Shown here in pieces: positions 1 to 9,287 of a DNA stretch of 64,000 nucleotides; position 1 is the stretch's first letter, and each line of letters begins with the position of its first letter. Source of the DNA: a virus (taxonomy: Duplodnaviria; Heunggongvirae; Uroviricota; Caudoviricetes); the IMG/VR virus record IMGVR_UViG_2579778660_000001; one strand, written 5' to 3'. A program made the translations under genes and the position numbers. Under the pieces are notes generated by a model that saw only the letters and a list, made by a program, of their open reading frames with translations, had not been told where the DNA came from and searched no databases.

Positions 1-233
1 CGCAATGGCTGGCAGAGCGCCGGGCGGATGTGGCAACCATTGTTGAAGAATTGGGGTGCGGAGATTACGACCGCAATGGCGAGCGTAAAGCTGGAGAATT
101 CGAGGCCAACGACGAAGAGCTGGATATTGACCCTTCGGCAACGGCTGAAATTTACGGTGATTATGATGCATCTGATGCAGGGTATGACGCCGGAGATGAT
201 GATATCGCGATAGAACCGCCGGAGGATGATTAA
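1..233 (+). CDS. partial CDS (5' end outside window), acidic C-terminus; possible small terminase subunit
   Basis: Frame open to window edge; Asp/Glu-rich tail (DASDAGYDAGDDDIAIEPPEDD); stop overlaps terL start (TAATG at 231-235). Confidence 0.35.
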   Translation, partial: QWLAERRADVATIVEELGCGDYDRNGERKAGEFEANDEELDIDPSATAEIYGDYDASDAGYDAGDDDIAIEPPEDD

Positions 234-1741
234 TGGCTGGCAGGCGCAAGGTTAAATGCGTCACCAGAGATCCACGCTGGCGCGATATGGTAATCAAATA
301 CCGCTACAACTTTACCCAGGCTGTTGTCGATATTTTTGGGATGTTCCCCTCCCACCAGCAGCAGCAGATCATTCAGTCCGTACAGGAAACGGGGAGTAGG
401 ACTACCGTCACGTCCGGACACGGAACGGGGAAGTCGTCCCTTACCGCGATGTTGCTGTTGATTTTTATGATCCTGTTCCCCGATGCCCGTGTCATCATTG
501 TTGCTAACAAGATAGGCCAGGTAAAAACAGGCGTATTCAAATACGTTAAACAGTATTGGGCGAATGCAGTTAAGCGTCATGGGTGGTTGCAGACCTATTT
601 TGTCCTCTCTGACACCATGTTTTATGAGCGCTCCCGTAAGGGGATTTGGGAAGTTCTCTGCAAAGGTTATCGACTCGGCAACGAAGAAGCGCTGGCGGGG
701 GAACACGCGGCACATTTGCTTCTAATTCTGGATGAAGCATCTGGTATATCTGATAAGGCGATCGGCGTAATGACCGGTGCTCTTACTGAAGAAGATAACC
801 GGATGTTGATGCTATCCCAGCCAACAAGGCCAAGTGGTTATTTCTACGATTCGCACCATTCTCGAGCAAAAACCCCAGACAACCCGAAAGGGATCTGGAC
901 AGCAATTGTTCTTAACTCGGAAGAATCACCGTTCGTCACACCACAATTCATCAAGGAGAAGCTTCTGGAATATGGCGGGCGCGATTCTATTGAGTACATG
1001 GTCAAGGTGCTTGGTCAGTTCCCACGAGAAATTAACGGCTATTTGCTTGGTCGTGATGAATGCGATCGCGCTGCTCGCCGCAAGGTGTTGTTGGAGAAAA
1101 ACTGGGGATGGGTGGCAACGGCTGACGTTGGTAATGGGCGAGATAAGTCGGTCCTCAACATCTGCAAGGTATCAGGTCACAGGGATAAGCGGCGCGTTGT
1201 TAACTTTAAGGTAATGGAGATGCCTGGCACTATGGACCCATTGGCCTTTGCTGACTTCATATATAACGAATGTACGCCGGAAAAATACCCGAATATAACA
1301 ATCGCGGTTGATGCTGATGGTTTTGGTTCTGATACGTGTGCGCAGTTGGTGCGTCGTGGTGCGAACCCGGTACGTATTCGGTGGGGAAAACCCATGTTTG
1401 CGAACAAAGACAGGGAGCGATTTGTTAATCAGCGAGCCTACGCAAATATTATGGCGCGTGATGCCATAAAGTCAGGGCGTATGCGGATAGACAGTGACTC
1501 TAAAACGGCAGAGCAAGCGTCAAAAATCCCCTTTTTACTGAATGAAGAAGGGAAAATGGCGATGATGCGCAAAGAGCACATGCGGCAAAAGCTAAACATC
1601 AAATCGCCTGACCGATGGGATACCTACTGCTTCACTATGCTGGTGGACTATGTGCCTGCTAATGAAGATATTGGTGCCGAAATGGCAACTTTCCGAGATC
1701 AGGTTCTGGCGGATATCGAAATGCCGGATCTGGATATATAA
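233..1741 (+). CDS. terL: terminase large subunit (P1 PacB-like)
   Basis: 502 aa; Walker A GHGTGKSS, Walker B LLILDEASG, C-terminal nuclease-type region; coupled to upstream ORF. Confidence 0.85.
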   Translation: MAGRRKVKCVTRDPRWRDMVIKYRYNFTQAVVDIFGMFPSHQQQQIIQSVQETGSRTTVTSGHGTGKSSLTAMLLLIFMILFPDARVIIVANKIGQVKTGVFKYVKQYWANAVKRHGWLQTYFVLSDTMFYERSRKGIWEVLCKGYRLGNEEALAGEHAAHLLLILDEASGISDKAIGVMTGALTEEDNRMLMLSQPTRPSGYFYDSHHSRAKTPDNPKGIWTAIVLNSEESPFVTPQFIKEKLLEYGGRDSIEYMVKVLGQFPREINGYLLGRDECDRAARRKVLLEKNWGWVATADVGNGRDKSVLNICKVSGHRDKRRVVNFKVMEMPGTMDPLAFADFIYNECTPEKYPNITIAVDADGFGSDTCAQLVRRGANPVRIRWGKPMFANKDRERFVNQRAYANIMARDAIKSGRMRIDSDSKTAEQASKIPFLLNEEGKMAMMRKEHMRQKLNIKSPDRWDTYCFTMLVDYVPANEDIGAEMATFRDQVLADIEMPDLDI

Positions 1742-1743
1742 AA

Positions 1744-1760
1744 GCCCCGCAGTGCGGGGC
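1744..1760 (-). terminator. intrinsic terminator hairpin downstream of the 1770-2807 gene
   Basis: GCCCCGCAGTGCGGGGC stem-loop; on minus strand followed by TTTTATATAT. Confidence 0.45.
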
Positions 1761-1769
1761 CGGTGGTGA

Positions 1770-2807
1770 TTACCAGAGCTTTGCGGCGCGCTGCGTTTGG
1801 GGGAATGTGTATCCGTAACGTTCTTCGATTGCTTTGCCGTATTTTTTACGCGCTTCATTCAGTTTGATGCCGGTCAGGTCGTCTCCAGAGGCCATCATTA
1901 CGTCTAACAATTCCAGATCCATTTTATCCAGCCTTGCCATTGCTTCACGCGATGTACGAATCTTACGTTCAATGATATGGCGAATAGCCGGATCGGCATC
2001 CTCCAGCATCTTAGCTGATTTCTGCTTAAGGTTTTCGTTGCGGATATCGATGTTCCTTAAGATATACGACTTCGCAACGTAGCTTGGCTGATGTTTTTCC
2101 AGGTCACGAACACGATATAAGCTAAAGTCGCCGAGAAGGCTGCAAGGCACCGATTCGACGCCAGAATAAATTGTAATGCTACGGCGTTCACCAACATTAT
2201 TGACAACGGGGATCGTTGTCTTCGGTAGTTTTGCGAAAACGAATGCGCCATGTGCGCCAACTCTAAAGCGAGAAAGGGCATTGCTGCCTTCGATGTTTGT
2301 TGTCAGCACAACATCTGTATATGCCTCTTTACGCGCCCGGTAGACCTCGCCTTCAGGCTCAGCTTCAAAGAAGCGCTGTTCTTCTTCAAGAGCACCTACG
2401 ATTTGAGAAAAAACCCTATTTTTCAGGCTTTTCTTTATGATTTTGTCGTATTTTTTGAGCAATTGTTCACGTGTAAATGTACGTGTTGTTGTAGCGCTTT
2501 GCACAACAACATGCGTGCTTTGATTGGTGTCCTCAATGATGAATGGGATCGGAGAATATACAGACTCAACAATGTTAGACGCTTTGCCGTCAGCATTACG
2601 GCACAAGTCAACAAAGGCTTTCCATTCTGCGAGGCACTTTTCAGCTTCTTCTAGTACATTTTGGTCGTGTGTTAGTGCAACGTGGCGGAATTCCTCGCCA
2701 GCATAACTGGTATCATGGAAAACAGAGTTTGCGACCACCAGCTCTTTCCACCGTTCAGCGGTTTGCAGGAACCGTTTGTACTCTTTCTCGATCGACTTCT
2801 TACTCAT
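1770..2807 (-). CDS. hypothetical protein (345 aa), operator motif directly upstream; possible immunity/regulatory function
   Basis: Long ORF convergent with terL; TTTTCTAACAT operator copy 20 bp upstream of start; no recognisable catalytic motif. Confidence 0.6.
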   Translation of the reverse strand: MSKKSIEKEYKRFLQTAERWKELVVANSVFHDTSYAGEEFRHVALTHDQNVLEEAEKCLAEWKAFVDLCRNADGKASNIVESVYSPIPFIIEDTNQSTHVVVQSATTTRTFTREQLLKKYDKIIKKSLKNRVFSQIVGALEEEQRFFEAEPEGEVYRARKEAYTDVVLTTNIEGSNALSRFRVGAHGAFVFAKLPKTTIPVVNNVGERRSITIYSGVESVPCSLLGDFSLYRVRDLEKHQPSYVAKSYILRNIDIRNENLKQKSAKMLEDADPAIRHIIERKIRTSREAMARLDKMDLELLDVMMASGDDLTGIKLNEARKKYGKAIEERYGYTFPQTQRAAKLW

Positions 2808-2821
2808 TATTCCTACTCGAT

Positions 2822-2836
2822 TTAGTTTTCTAACAT
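2822..2836. promoter_or_regulatory. operator-like motif TTAGTTTTCTAACAT (copy 1)
   Basis: Same 15-mer recurs at 20805-20819; core TTTTCTAACAT recurs at 7 loci. Confidence 0.55.
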
Positions 2837-3204
2837 AAAATCCCTATGACAAATCTATGTCGAATAACAGAGTGAGTAAAGGATCGAACTATGATTTTTT
2901 TGTCATCAACTTTAGAAAACCAACCGTTGAAACCACACTTCGCAAATTAAAGACCATGAAGGCAACGTGTTACTGTCCATCATCAATCTATGATGGATTA
3001 CAAAAAAAATCGGCATTTTATAACTTTAAATAATGGGGATTATTTAAAGTTAGGCTATAATCATGTGTAGATGAACAGTATTGACATCACTGAAAATACG
3101 TGCCTCGAATCAAAGGCTTGTATTTTGAAAATTAACTTATAGCTACCCTGTCATTTTTATATTTTTCGCGTAGCGTCATATGTATATAGAGGCGAAATAG
3201 TTTC

Positions 3205-4233
3205 ATGGGAGAATTAATTATCTCTGGCAGTTCCGGTGGTTTTCTGCGCAACATTGGCAAAGAGTACCAGGAAGCCGCAGAAAACTTTATGCGGTTCATG
3301 AATGACCAGGGGGCTTATGCGCCGAATACTCTGCGCGACCTCCGGTTGGTGTTTCATTCCTGGGCGCGCTGGTGTCACGCTCGCCAGCTCGCCTGGTTCC
3401 CGATCTCACCAGAAATGGCCCGCGAGTATTTTCTTCAGCTGCATGATGCCGATCTGGCTTCGACCACCATTGATAAGCACTACGCCATGCTGAACATGCT
3501 GCTTTCGCATTGTGGCCTTCCGCCACTTTCGGATGATAAAAGTGTTTCTCTGGCTATGCGGCGCATCCGGCGCGAAGCGGCAACTGAAAAAGGCGAACGA
3601 ACAGGCCAGGCTATACCGCTGCGGTGGGACGATCTGAAACTGCTCGACGTCCTGTTGTCCAGGTCAGAACGGCTGGTGGACCTGCGCAACCGGGCTTTTC
3701 TCTTTGTTGCATACAATACGCTGATGCGTATGTCGGAAATCTCGCGTATTCGTGTAGGAGATCTGGACCAAACAGGTGACACTGTCACGCTACATATTTC
3801 ACACACGAAGACAATAACGACCGCCGCCGGGCTTGATAAGGTGCTTTCCCGTCGCACTACCGCTGTGCTGAATGACTGGCTGGATGTTTCCGGGCTTCGC
3901 GAACATCGTGACGCAGTGCTGTTCCCGCCGATACACCGTAGCAATAAGGCCAGGATCACGACAACGCCCCTTACTGCACCTGCAATGGAGAAAATATTCA
4001 GCGACGCCTGGGTGTTGCTGAATAAAAGAGATGCTACGCCAAACAAAGGGAGATACCGGACGTGGACCGGGCATAGTGCACGCGTCGGGGCCGCTATTGA
4101 TATGGCTGAAAAGCAGGTGTCTATGGTGGAGATCATGCAGGAAGGAACCTGGAAGAAACCGGAAACACTTATGCGGTATCTGCGCCGTGGCGGTGTGTCT
4201 GTGGGGGCTAATAGCCGCCTGATGGATTCGTAA
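3205..4233 (+). CDS. cre: Cre-type tyrosine site-specific recombinase
   Basis: 342 aa; similar along whole length to P1 Cre as recalled (e.g. LNMLLSHCGLPPLSDDKSVSLAMRRIRRE, NTLMRMSEISRIRVGDL, WTGHSARVGAAIDMA). Confidence 0.9.
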   Translation: MGELIISGSSGGFLRNIGKEYQEAAENFMRFMNDQGAYAPNTLRDLRLVFHSWARWCHARQLAWFPISPEMAREYFLQLHDADLASTTIDKHYAMLNMLLSHCGLPPLSDDKSVSLAMRRIRREAATEKGERTGQAIPLRWDDLKLLDVLLSRSERLVDLRNRAFLFVAYNTLMRMSEISRIRVGDLDQTGDTVTLHISHTKTITTAAGLDKVLSRRTTAVLNDWLDVSGLREHRDAVLFPPIHRSNKARITTTPLTAPAMEKIFSDAWVLLNKRDATPNKGRYRTWTGHSARVGAAIDMAEKQVSMVEIMQEGTWKKPETLMRYLRRGGVSVGANSRLMDS

Positions 4234-4237
4234 ATTA

Positions 4238-4250
4238 AATTTCTAACACA
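4238..4250. promoter_or_regulatory. operator-like motif variant AAATTTCTAACAC (copy 2)
   Basis: Between cre stop and the 4307 operon start; 9/11 match to core motif. Confidence 0.4.
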
Positions 4251-4306
4251 TCTTTTTAGATTAACGCCTTTGATGTAAAGTACCCTCGCCTATTTAGGAG
4301 GGTGCT

Positions 4307-4651
4307 TTGCAGAGTCAAATCACGGAATCAAGACGCTTCAAGGTGGATGGTTACACCGTAACCTTCGCTGCTGGTGTTAAGAACAGTCATGCTGTCGTTG
4401 TGTTCGGCATCATGACCGGGCTTGAGGCCGTCCCTGTGTTTACCCTCGAAAAAAACTGGCGAAATCTGGAGGAAGCAGAAAGCTACGTCCGGAAAGTAAC
4501 CATCATTGCCGCCGAAAAACTCCTGGCCCACTATCAGGAAAATTATCGCACTATGGTCGAGAAGATTAATCTCGCTTTCACTCGCCCCACTACCGGCTTT
4601 ATTGCACCGGATACTAATGCAGGTCGCTATCCTGCAAGGGGGCGTCGGTGA
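4307..4651 (+). CDS. hypothetical protein (114 aa)
   Basis: TTG start with AGGAGG RBS 5 nt upstream; first gene of operon. Confidence 0.55.
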   Translation: MQSQITESRRFKVDGYTVTFAAGVKNSHAVVVFGIMTGLEAVPVFTLEKNWRNLEEAESYVRKVTIIAAEKLLAHYQENYRTMVEKINLAFTRPTTGFIAPDTNAGRYPARGRR

Positions 4652-5124
4652 AAACTTATTACACATCTCTGAATTGTTACCCGTCTTCCTATCCAGAATT
4701 ATCCGGGAAGCTGTTAGCTCTATTAGCTAAAGCACCTACGGAATGGTTTAAGCCAGTCGTTATCAATCCACACTTCCTGGATTACGGATCTGTTCGCACT
4801 CGTAACGAACTCAAAAACCTACTGGCGCATGGATTCATTCGACACCGTGCCGCGAAAGGCTATCAGTTAGCGATTGCGCCAGAAGAGGCTGTGCGGCTAT
4901 TCGCATATCGTGACAGCCAGACAAAAGCTCGGGTAATAGCTCAAATACTTCATAACGGCAGCACCTATGCCCGCCAGTTTGGCGGCGACACGTCGCAGTT
5001 CTTGCGGGCGGTGCGATCGCTGGAGGAGCAAGGAGTTATTGAAAGTTCCTGTCTTCCTGTTCCTACCGTTCCACATATCAAACGTCGGGTTTACACCTTC
5101 ACGCAGAGAGCTAAAAAACAATGA
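4648..5124 (+). CDS. hypothetical protein (158 aa)
   Basis: GTG start after AGGGGG; 4-nt overlap with upstream gene. Confidence 0.55.
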   Translation: MKTYYTSLNCYPSSYPELSGKLLALLAKAPTEWFKPVVINPHFLDYGSVRTRNELKNLLAHGFIRHRAAKGYQLAIAPEEAVRLFAYRDSQTKARVIAQILHNGSTYARQFGGDTSQFLRAVRSLEEQGVIESSCLPVPTVPHIKRRVYTFTQRAKKQ

Positions 5125-5615
5125 TTTACGTAAAAGTGAAACGCCTACATCCGGCAGCAAAACTTCCAGCTTATGCCACCTCCGGATCGGCGGCGATGGA
5201 TTTTGAGGCTGTTGAAATAAAACCATGCGTCGATAGCAATGGTGCAATTTCCTCAAGCTGGTGGGTGTATACCGGACTGGCTATGGAGATCCCGCCCGGC
5301 TGGTGTCTGAAACTCTATCCGCGATCCGGATTGGGCTGCAAAAAACATACTCGCCTGGCTAACTGCGTAGGAATTATCGACTCCGATTATCGCGGCGAAA
5401 TCATGGCAAAACTGATTACTGATCCCGGCGGGGAAGGCGTTTGTCTCAAGCCTGGAATGGCTGTCATGCAAGGAATTTTTGAACGTGTTGAACAAGTCTC
5501 ACTAGTCGAGGTTGAGGAACTCAACGAAACGGAACGTGGTGCTGGTGGCTTTGGTAGCACATCGGAAGGCCACTTTGAAATTAAGCGTTCACCGCTTCAG
5601 TACGAAAAGTTATAA
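5121..5615 (+). CDS. dut: dUTP pyrophosphatase (dUTPase)
   Basis: Motifs YATSGSAAMD, PRSGLG, GIIDSDYRGE, RGAGGFGSTS; overlaps upstream stop (ATGA). Confidence 0.85.
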   Translation: MIYVKVKRLHPAAKLPAYATSGSAAMDFEAVEIKPCVDSNGAISSSWWVYTGLAMEIPPGWCLKLYPRSGLGCKKHTRLANCVGIIDSDYRGEIMAKLITDPGGEGVCLKPGMAVMQGIFERVEQVSLVEVEELNETERGAGGFGSTSEGHFEIKRSPLQYEKL

Positions 5616-5629
5616 GCAGAGAAAAGACT

Positions 5630-6331
5630 ATGAATAACATGGCAACGAAAGAGCTTTTTAAGTTCCTTCCCAAATACAAAGCTCACAAAAACGTTAGTGC
5701 ATCGAAAATCAAAAATGTTGTTATTTTCGGAGTAACTGATGCCCCACTTTGGGGCAGCATCGAACTCGTTGAACCAAAAGGGGCAACAGTTTGTGTTGAC
5801 GCAATGTTTTTACAAAAACACCGACCAAAAACTGGCGGGTATCTGATCGTTTATGAAAACGGTTATCTGTTCTATGCCCCGGAGAAACCATTTGAGGAAC
5901 GCTATGGCCTGGTTAACGACGTCTCCAAAAATGGAACCACGGTCATCATTACGGATGACAACGGCGAGATGATTAATCTTACCGGGAGCGTAACTATTTC
6001 TGCTGGTGGCATCACCACCCAGCAAGAAGAAATCGACCTTGAAGCAGCCGACTTTTCTGACGCGCTGATGTGGCTGAAGGATGGCAAGAAAGTTGCCCGG
6101 CGCGGGTGGAACGGCGAAAACCAATTCTGCTGGCTGGTTCCAGACAAACACGGCGCTTCAAGACTAACCCCTATAAAACATGCCATCAATGGAGAGCTTG
6201 AAATCAATTTCGACTCTCCTCTTGCTCCTTATGGTACGCATTTCGCTTTGAAAAATGCACAAGGTGTAGTTGTTCCGTGGGTGCCTTCTGTAGGCGACTT
6301 ACTGGCATGTGACTGGTTTGTAGTGGAGTGA
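5630..6331 (+). CDS. fusion protein: unknown N-terminal domain + C-terminal DUF2829 (Tad2-like) domain
   Basis: C-terminal FSDALMWLKDGKKVARRGWNG ... VVPWVPSVGDLLACDWFVVE matches DUF2829 hallmarks. Confidence 0.7.
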   Translation: MNNMATKELFKFLPKYKAHKNVSASKIKNVVIFGVTDAPLWGSIELVEPKGATVCVDAMFLQKHRPKTGGYLIVYENGYLFYAPEKPFEERYGLVNDVSKNGTTVIITDDNGEMINLTGSVTISAGGITTQQEEIDLEAADFSDALMWLKDGKKVARRGWNGENQFCWLVPDKHGASRLTPIKHAINGELEINFDSPLAPYGTHFALKNAQGVVVPWVPSVGDLLACDWFVVE

Positions 6332-6337
6332 TTTAAC

Positions 6338-7138
6338 GTGGAAAATACTAAAGCAATTCAATACCGCTTGCGTAATGGCCTGCTGGTGGCTGTTAACGCC
6401 GACATGTCACTGCCGTTTGACACGATTGAACGTACTATCATGACGTATCTCGGCTTTAATGAAGAGCTGAATGAAGAGCATGGCGTAGCTATATGGAGTG
6501 ATGCAGGAAGCGGCGTTCATCGTTACATCACCGCCAGGGGCAAAGACTACTCTCTGGAAGAACTGTTTACCCTTGCACAGTCTTTCGAATGTGTAGCATT
6601 AGACATGTTTAATGATCCTGCTATAGCGCAACGACTTATACGCGAGCTTGGGCTATCCGTTACACCAATTATCTTTAAGAATGGCAGCCTGACTGGCACA
6701 TGGCGCGTAGAACGCATCTCAAACTACCTTCCATATAACCGACAGTTAAATGGAGTAATCTCCGGCGTTAATCAGCCCGTAGCGTGTGAAAATGTAAACC
6801 TGGTTGCCGCTGTTTTGGCAACCGCATGTCGTGTTATCGGTTTGGCTAAACAGGCTTTTATTCATTTCCCAAATGGTGCAGAAGGTAGCGCAGAGATTAT
6901 CGCGTGTGATTTCGAATTTACCTGGATGCTACGCGAATATCTGGACCAAACAGTGTTCCGCGCCGAAGAACTGGATATGTATATCACGTCAACGATTCCT
7001 GATGATGTACGTGCTGAAGCAATCGCCACAGCAAGGGCCAAATGCCGTGCGGCGATTGCAGAGCAGGCCAAAGAAGAACCGTCCGATGAAGCCGTGGCTG
7101 ATGTTGAAGCAGAGGTAGCGGAGGATGCTGACGCCTAA
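6338..7138 (+). CDS. hypothetical protein (266 aa) with acidic C-terminal tail
   Basis: GTG start with GGAGTGA RBS; last gene of operon. Confidence 0.6.
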   Translation: MENTKAIQYRLRNGLLVAVNADMSLPFDTIERTIMTYLGFNEELNEEHGVAIWSDAGSGVHRYITARGKDYSLEELFTLAQSFECVALDMFNDPAIAQRLIRELGLSVTPIIFKNGSLTGTWRVERISNYLPYNRQLNGVISGVNQPVACENVNLVAAVLATACRVIGLAKQAFIHFPNGAEGSAEIIACDFEFTWMLREYLDQTVFRAEELDMYITSTIPDDVRAEAIATARAKCRAAIAEQAKEEPSDEAVADVEAEVAEDADA

Positions 7139-7189
7139 AAACATCACCGAATTAGCTGGCTGACAGCAGAAAAAATCATTGAGTGATAG

Positions 7190-7222
7190 TAGGAAGCCCG
7201 CCTGGTTGAGCGGGCTTCTTTT
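7190..7222. terminator. bidirectional intrinsic terminator
   Basis: AAGCCCGCctggttgaGCGGGCTT followed by CTTTTC; between convergent 6338-7138 (+) and doc (-). Confidence 0.55.
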
Positions 7223-7602
7223 CAAATATTGGGACCAAATAATTCACGTAGTTTTTCCGCTACTGAAGATACGGGGATTTCACCAGTTGCGGCCCCCACC
7301 GCTAGTTCCACCAGCACGGGAGAATCATATACCTGTATGCCGTTACGGCGTAGAAATAGCAGCGCACTGTTTAGCGCGGTACGCTTATTGGCATCATTGA
7401 ATATATGCCCTCTCGCCGTAGCTACCAGGTAGGTGGCGGAGACTTCGAAAAGGTCGGTGATCTCTTCGTAGGCAACTCTGGCCTGAACTCTACCGATAAT
7501 GGCCTCTGCCCTACCCGGATCTGACATTCCCGGCAGGCCGCCGTAGCGGCTTATATTCGCATCATGAAGCGCAATAAGTTCTTCCGGTGATATATGCCTC
7601 AT
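7222..7602 (-). CDS. doc: Doc toxin (Fic-family kinase), P1-type
   Basis: 126 aa; Fic motif HIFNDANKR; close to P1 Doc as recalled. Confidence 0.9.
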
Positions 7603-7823
7603 TATCGGTTAACCAGTTCCTTGTTGGTGGAGTCCAGGGTGTCAAACAGGGATGCAAATTCAGCATCCAGCGCCGCTTTTTTGTAGGCTTCAAAAGTAGC
7701 CTTGCTGACAATTACTGCTGGCTCTCGGCCTCTGCGGGTGATTTCAACCTCTTCCCCGGCTTCAACATTGTTGAGCACTTCAGAAAGGTTGCCGCGCGCG
7801 GTACGGAAGTTAATGGATTGCAT
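7602..7823 (-). CDS. phd: Phd antitoxin, P1-type
   Basis: [49 protein letters not shown]...; ATG at 7823 with GAGGTG RBS; ORF track start (7829) is an upstream GTG. Confidence 0.9.
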
Positions 7824-7830
7824 AAACACC

Positions 7831-7854
7831 TCATGTACTCGTTATGTGTACACA
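7831..7854. promoter_or_regulatory. putative Phd/Doc operator palindromes
   Basis: TGTGTACACA perfect palindrome (7845-7854) plus ATGTAC half-site in phd promoter region. Confidence 0.4.
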
Positions 7855-7895
7855 ACTATAAACTTCACAGGTATAAAGCACCAGCACTTTGCAGC

Positions 7896-8285
7896 TTAAA
7901 TCACCGGACAATCGTCAAATTCCCCACTTCGGACATCATTGATGACATGAGTGATCACACCAAAAACAGCATTACTCCCCGTGCATCCATCGTCATCCAC
8001 TGGTAACGCCTCTTTCCTCCCGGTGCTTAAATCCTCCAGGTGCTGGCGCGGATACTTCCTGTATCTCTTTATGCGATATTCACCCTCCATAGCGCACACA
8101 AGCAGAGAACCATCAACCGGAGTAAGCGAGGAATCAACCACCAGCAAAGCACCCTGCAATATTCCCTCACGGTGATGGCTATCAGCTGCCCGCATGAAGT
8201 AGGTTGCTGATGGATGCCTGATTAGTTGCTGATCAAGAGAAATTCGGCTTTCAACATAATCCGCCGCAGGAGAAGGGAAGCCCAT
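7896..8285 (-). CDS. humD: HumD (UmuD'-like S24 peptidase-fold protein)
   Basis: 129 aa; LexA/UmuD C-terminal-domain-like sequence; LexA box immediately upstream. Confidence 0.75.
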   Translation of the reverse strand: MGFPSPAADYVESRISLDQQLIRHPSATYFMRAADSHHREGILQGALLVVDSSLTPVDGSLLVCAMEGEYRIKRYRKYPRQHLEDLSTGRKEALPVDDDGCTGSNAVFGVITHVINDVRSGEFDDCPVI

Positions 8286-8303
8286 AGCGTTTTACCTCAA
8301 TGA

Positions 8304-8323
8304 TACTGTTTATTCATACAGTA
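8304..8323. promoter_or_regulatory. LexA (SOS) box
   Basis: TACTGTTTATTCATACAGTA = CTGT-N8-ACAG consensus, 19 bp upstream of humD ATG. Confidence 0.7.
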
Positions 8324-8383
8324 TACATTAAAGATGCTTGAAGTGTGCAATAGCGCGATGCTTTGCGCTCGCCTGGTGGTGCG

Positions 8384-8635
8384 TTATTTTTTGGCTATAT
8401 CTTCTTTCTGATACACCGGATCGCTCCCTTTTGGCAACTGGAGGCTTAACTGCCGGTAGTGCCGTAGCCGTTCCATGAAATAGGCGCGCAGGTTTTCCGG
8501 TTGCTCACGGGCCACCTGCTCTGCAATCACAGGTATATTCAGCCGTTCTTTGTAAGCAACGCCGCTGGCGGCAAGGTCTACGTTCACCTTGTCTCGCTCT
8601 TCCTGGCTTTTAGCTGCTATATTTCGATCTGACAC
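8384..8635 (-). CDS. hot: Hot protein, homologue of DNA Pol III theta subunit (HolE-like)
   Basis: 83 aa; [45 protein letters not shown] resembles E. coli HolE as recalled. Confidence 0.7.
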   Translation of the reverse strand: MSDRNIAAKSQEERDKVNVDLAASGVAYKERLNIPVIAEQVAREQPENLRAYFMERLRHYRQLSLQLPKGSDPVYQKEDIAKK

Positions 8636-8667
8636 AAGAAACCTCCAGGAGTTAGTGGATCAGGCAC

Positions 8668-9018
8668 ATGCACAACAACGTTCTCAATGTTAGCCGTTCA
8701 ATTCAGACAATCAGAGACTGCACCAGTGTGGTGGCATCAATCCCATTGCGAAACAGCATAGACGAACTGCAAATTCGTGTATTGAATCTGAATCAGGCTA
8801 ATAAGCAATTGCGCTTTATTTTGACGCTGAAAAGTGAAACAGAGGGGATAAAGCACAGCGTAAAAGTATTTTCTGAGGCCATTCTGCTTAATGAGAAGCT
8901 CCGGCATCTGGTAAGGCCAGAACGTCAATATCCTGACGTCCTGGCGCGTGAAAAAGACCTTCTTTCTGAAGTTCAGGATAGGGTGATCGATTTCGTCAAA
9001 TGCTATCCCCTGCATTGA
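8668..9018 (+). CDS. hypothetical protein (116 aa), uncertain
   Basis: Only plus-strand ORF inside a minus-strand block; weak/distant RBS. Confidence 0.3.
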   Translation: MHNNVLNVSRSIQTIRDCTSVVASIPLRNSIDELQIRVLNLNQANKQLRFILTLKSETEGIKHSVKVFSEAILLNEKLRHLVRPERQYPDVLAREKDLLSEVQDRVIDFVKCYPLH

Positions 9019-9287
9019 GGGCAGGTGTTCCCTTCCGCAAAGTAGGGAAAACTGCTATCAAGTTCATCACACCATCTGCGATGGTCGTAGCACCAAAACG
9101 CCTCCCACGGTGCACGGAAATACTTCATCCACCAGGACACTCGATCAGGTATATCTGCTGGTGGCAGTTCTTCTGGCAATAATTTGCCTGATAATTCCCT
9201 TTCCGCCCGCGACAGCATTTTTTTGAGGCTCGCGTTCTCTTTTTCAAGCTCATCTACGCGCACCTGTAATTCAGCTTTCGTTGGCAT
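9003..9287 (-). CDS. hypothetical coiled-coil/Cys-rich protein
   Basis: ATG at 9287 (MPTKAELQ...) with GAGG RBS; C-terminal CYDHRRWC...CPQC. Confidence 0.45.
   Translation of the reverse strand: MPTKAELQVRVDELEKENASLKKMLSRAERELSGKLLPEELPPADIPDRVSWWMKYFRAPWEAFWCYDHRRWCDELDSSFPYFAEGNTCPQCRG

Noticed and set aside
3100-3204. Canonical loxP (ATAACTTCGTATA-N8-TATACGAAGTTAT)
   Set aside because: No exact or near-exact copy found; only weak partial resemblance, kept as a low-interest finding.
3480-4136. 218-aa minus-strand ORF
   Set aside because: Entirely antisense within cre; Ser/Arg-rich artefact.
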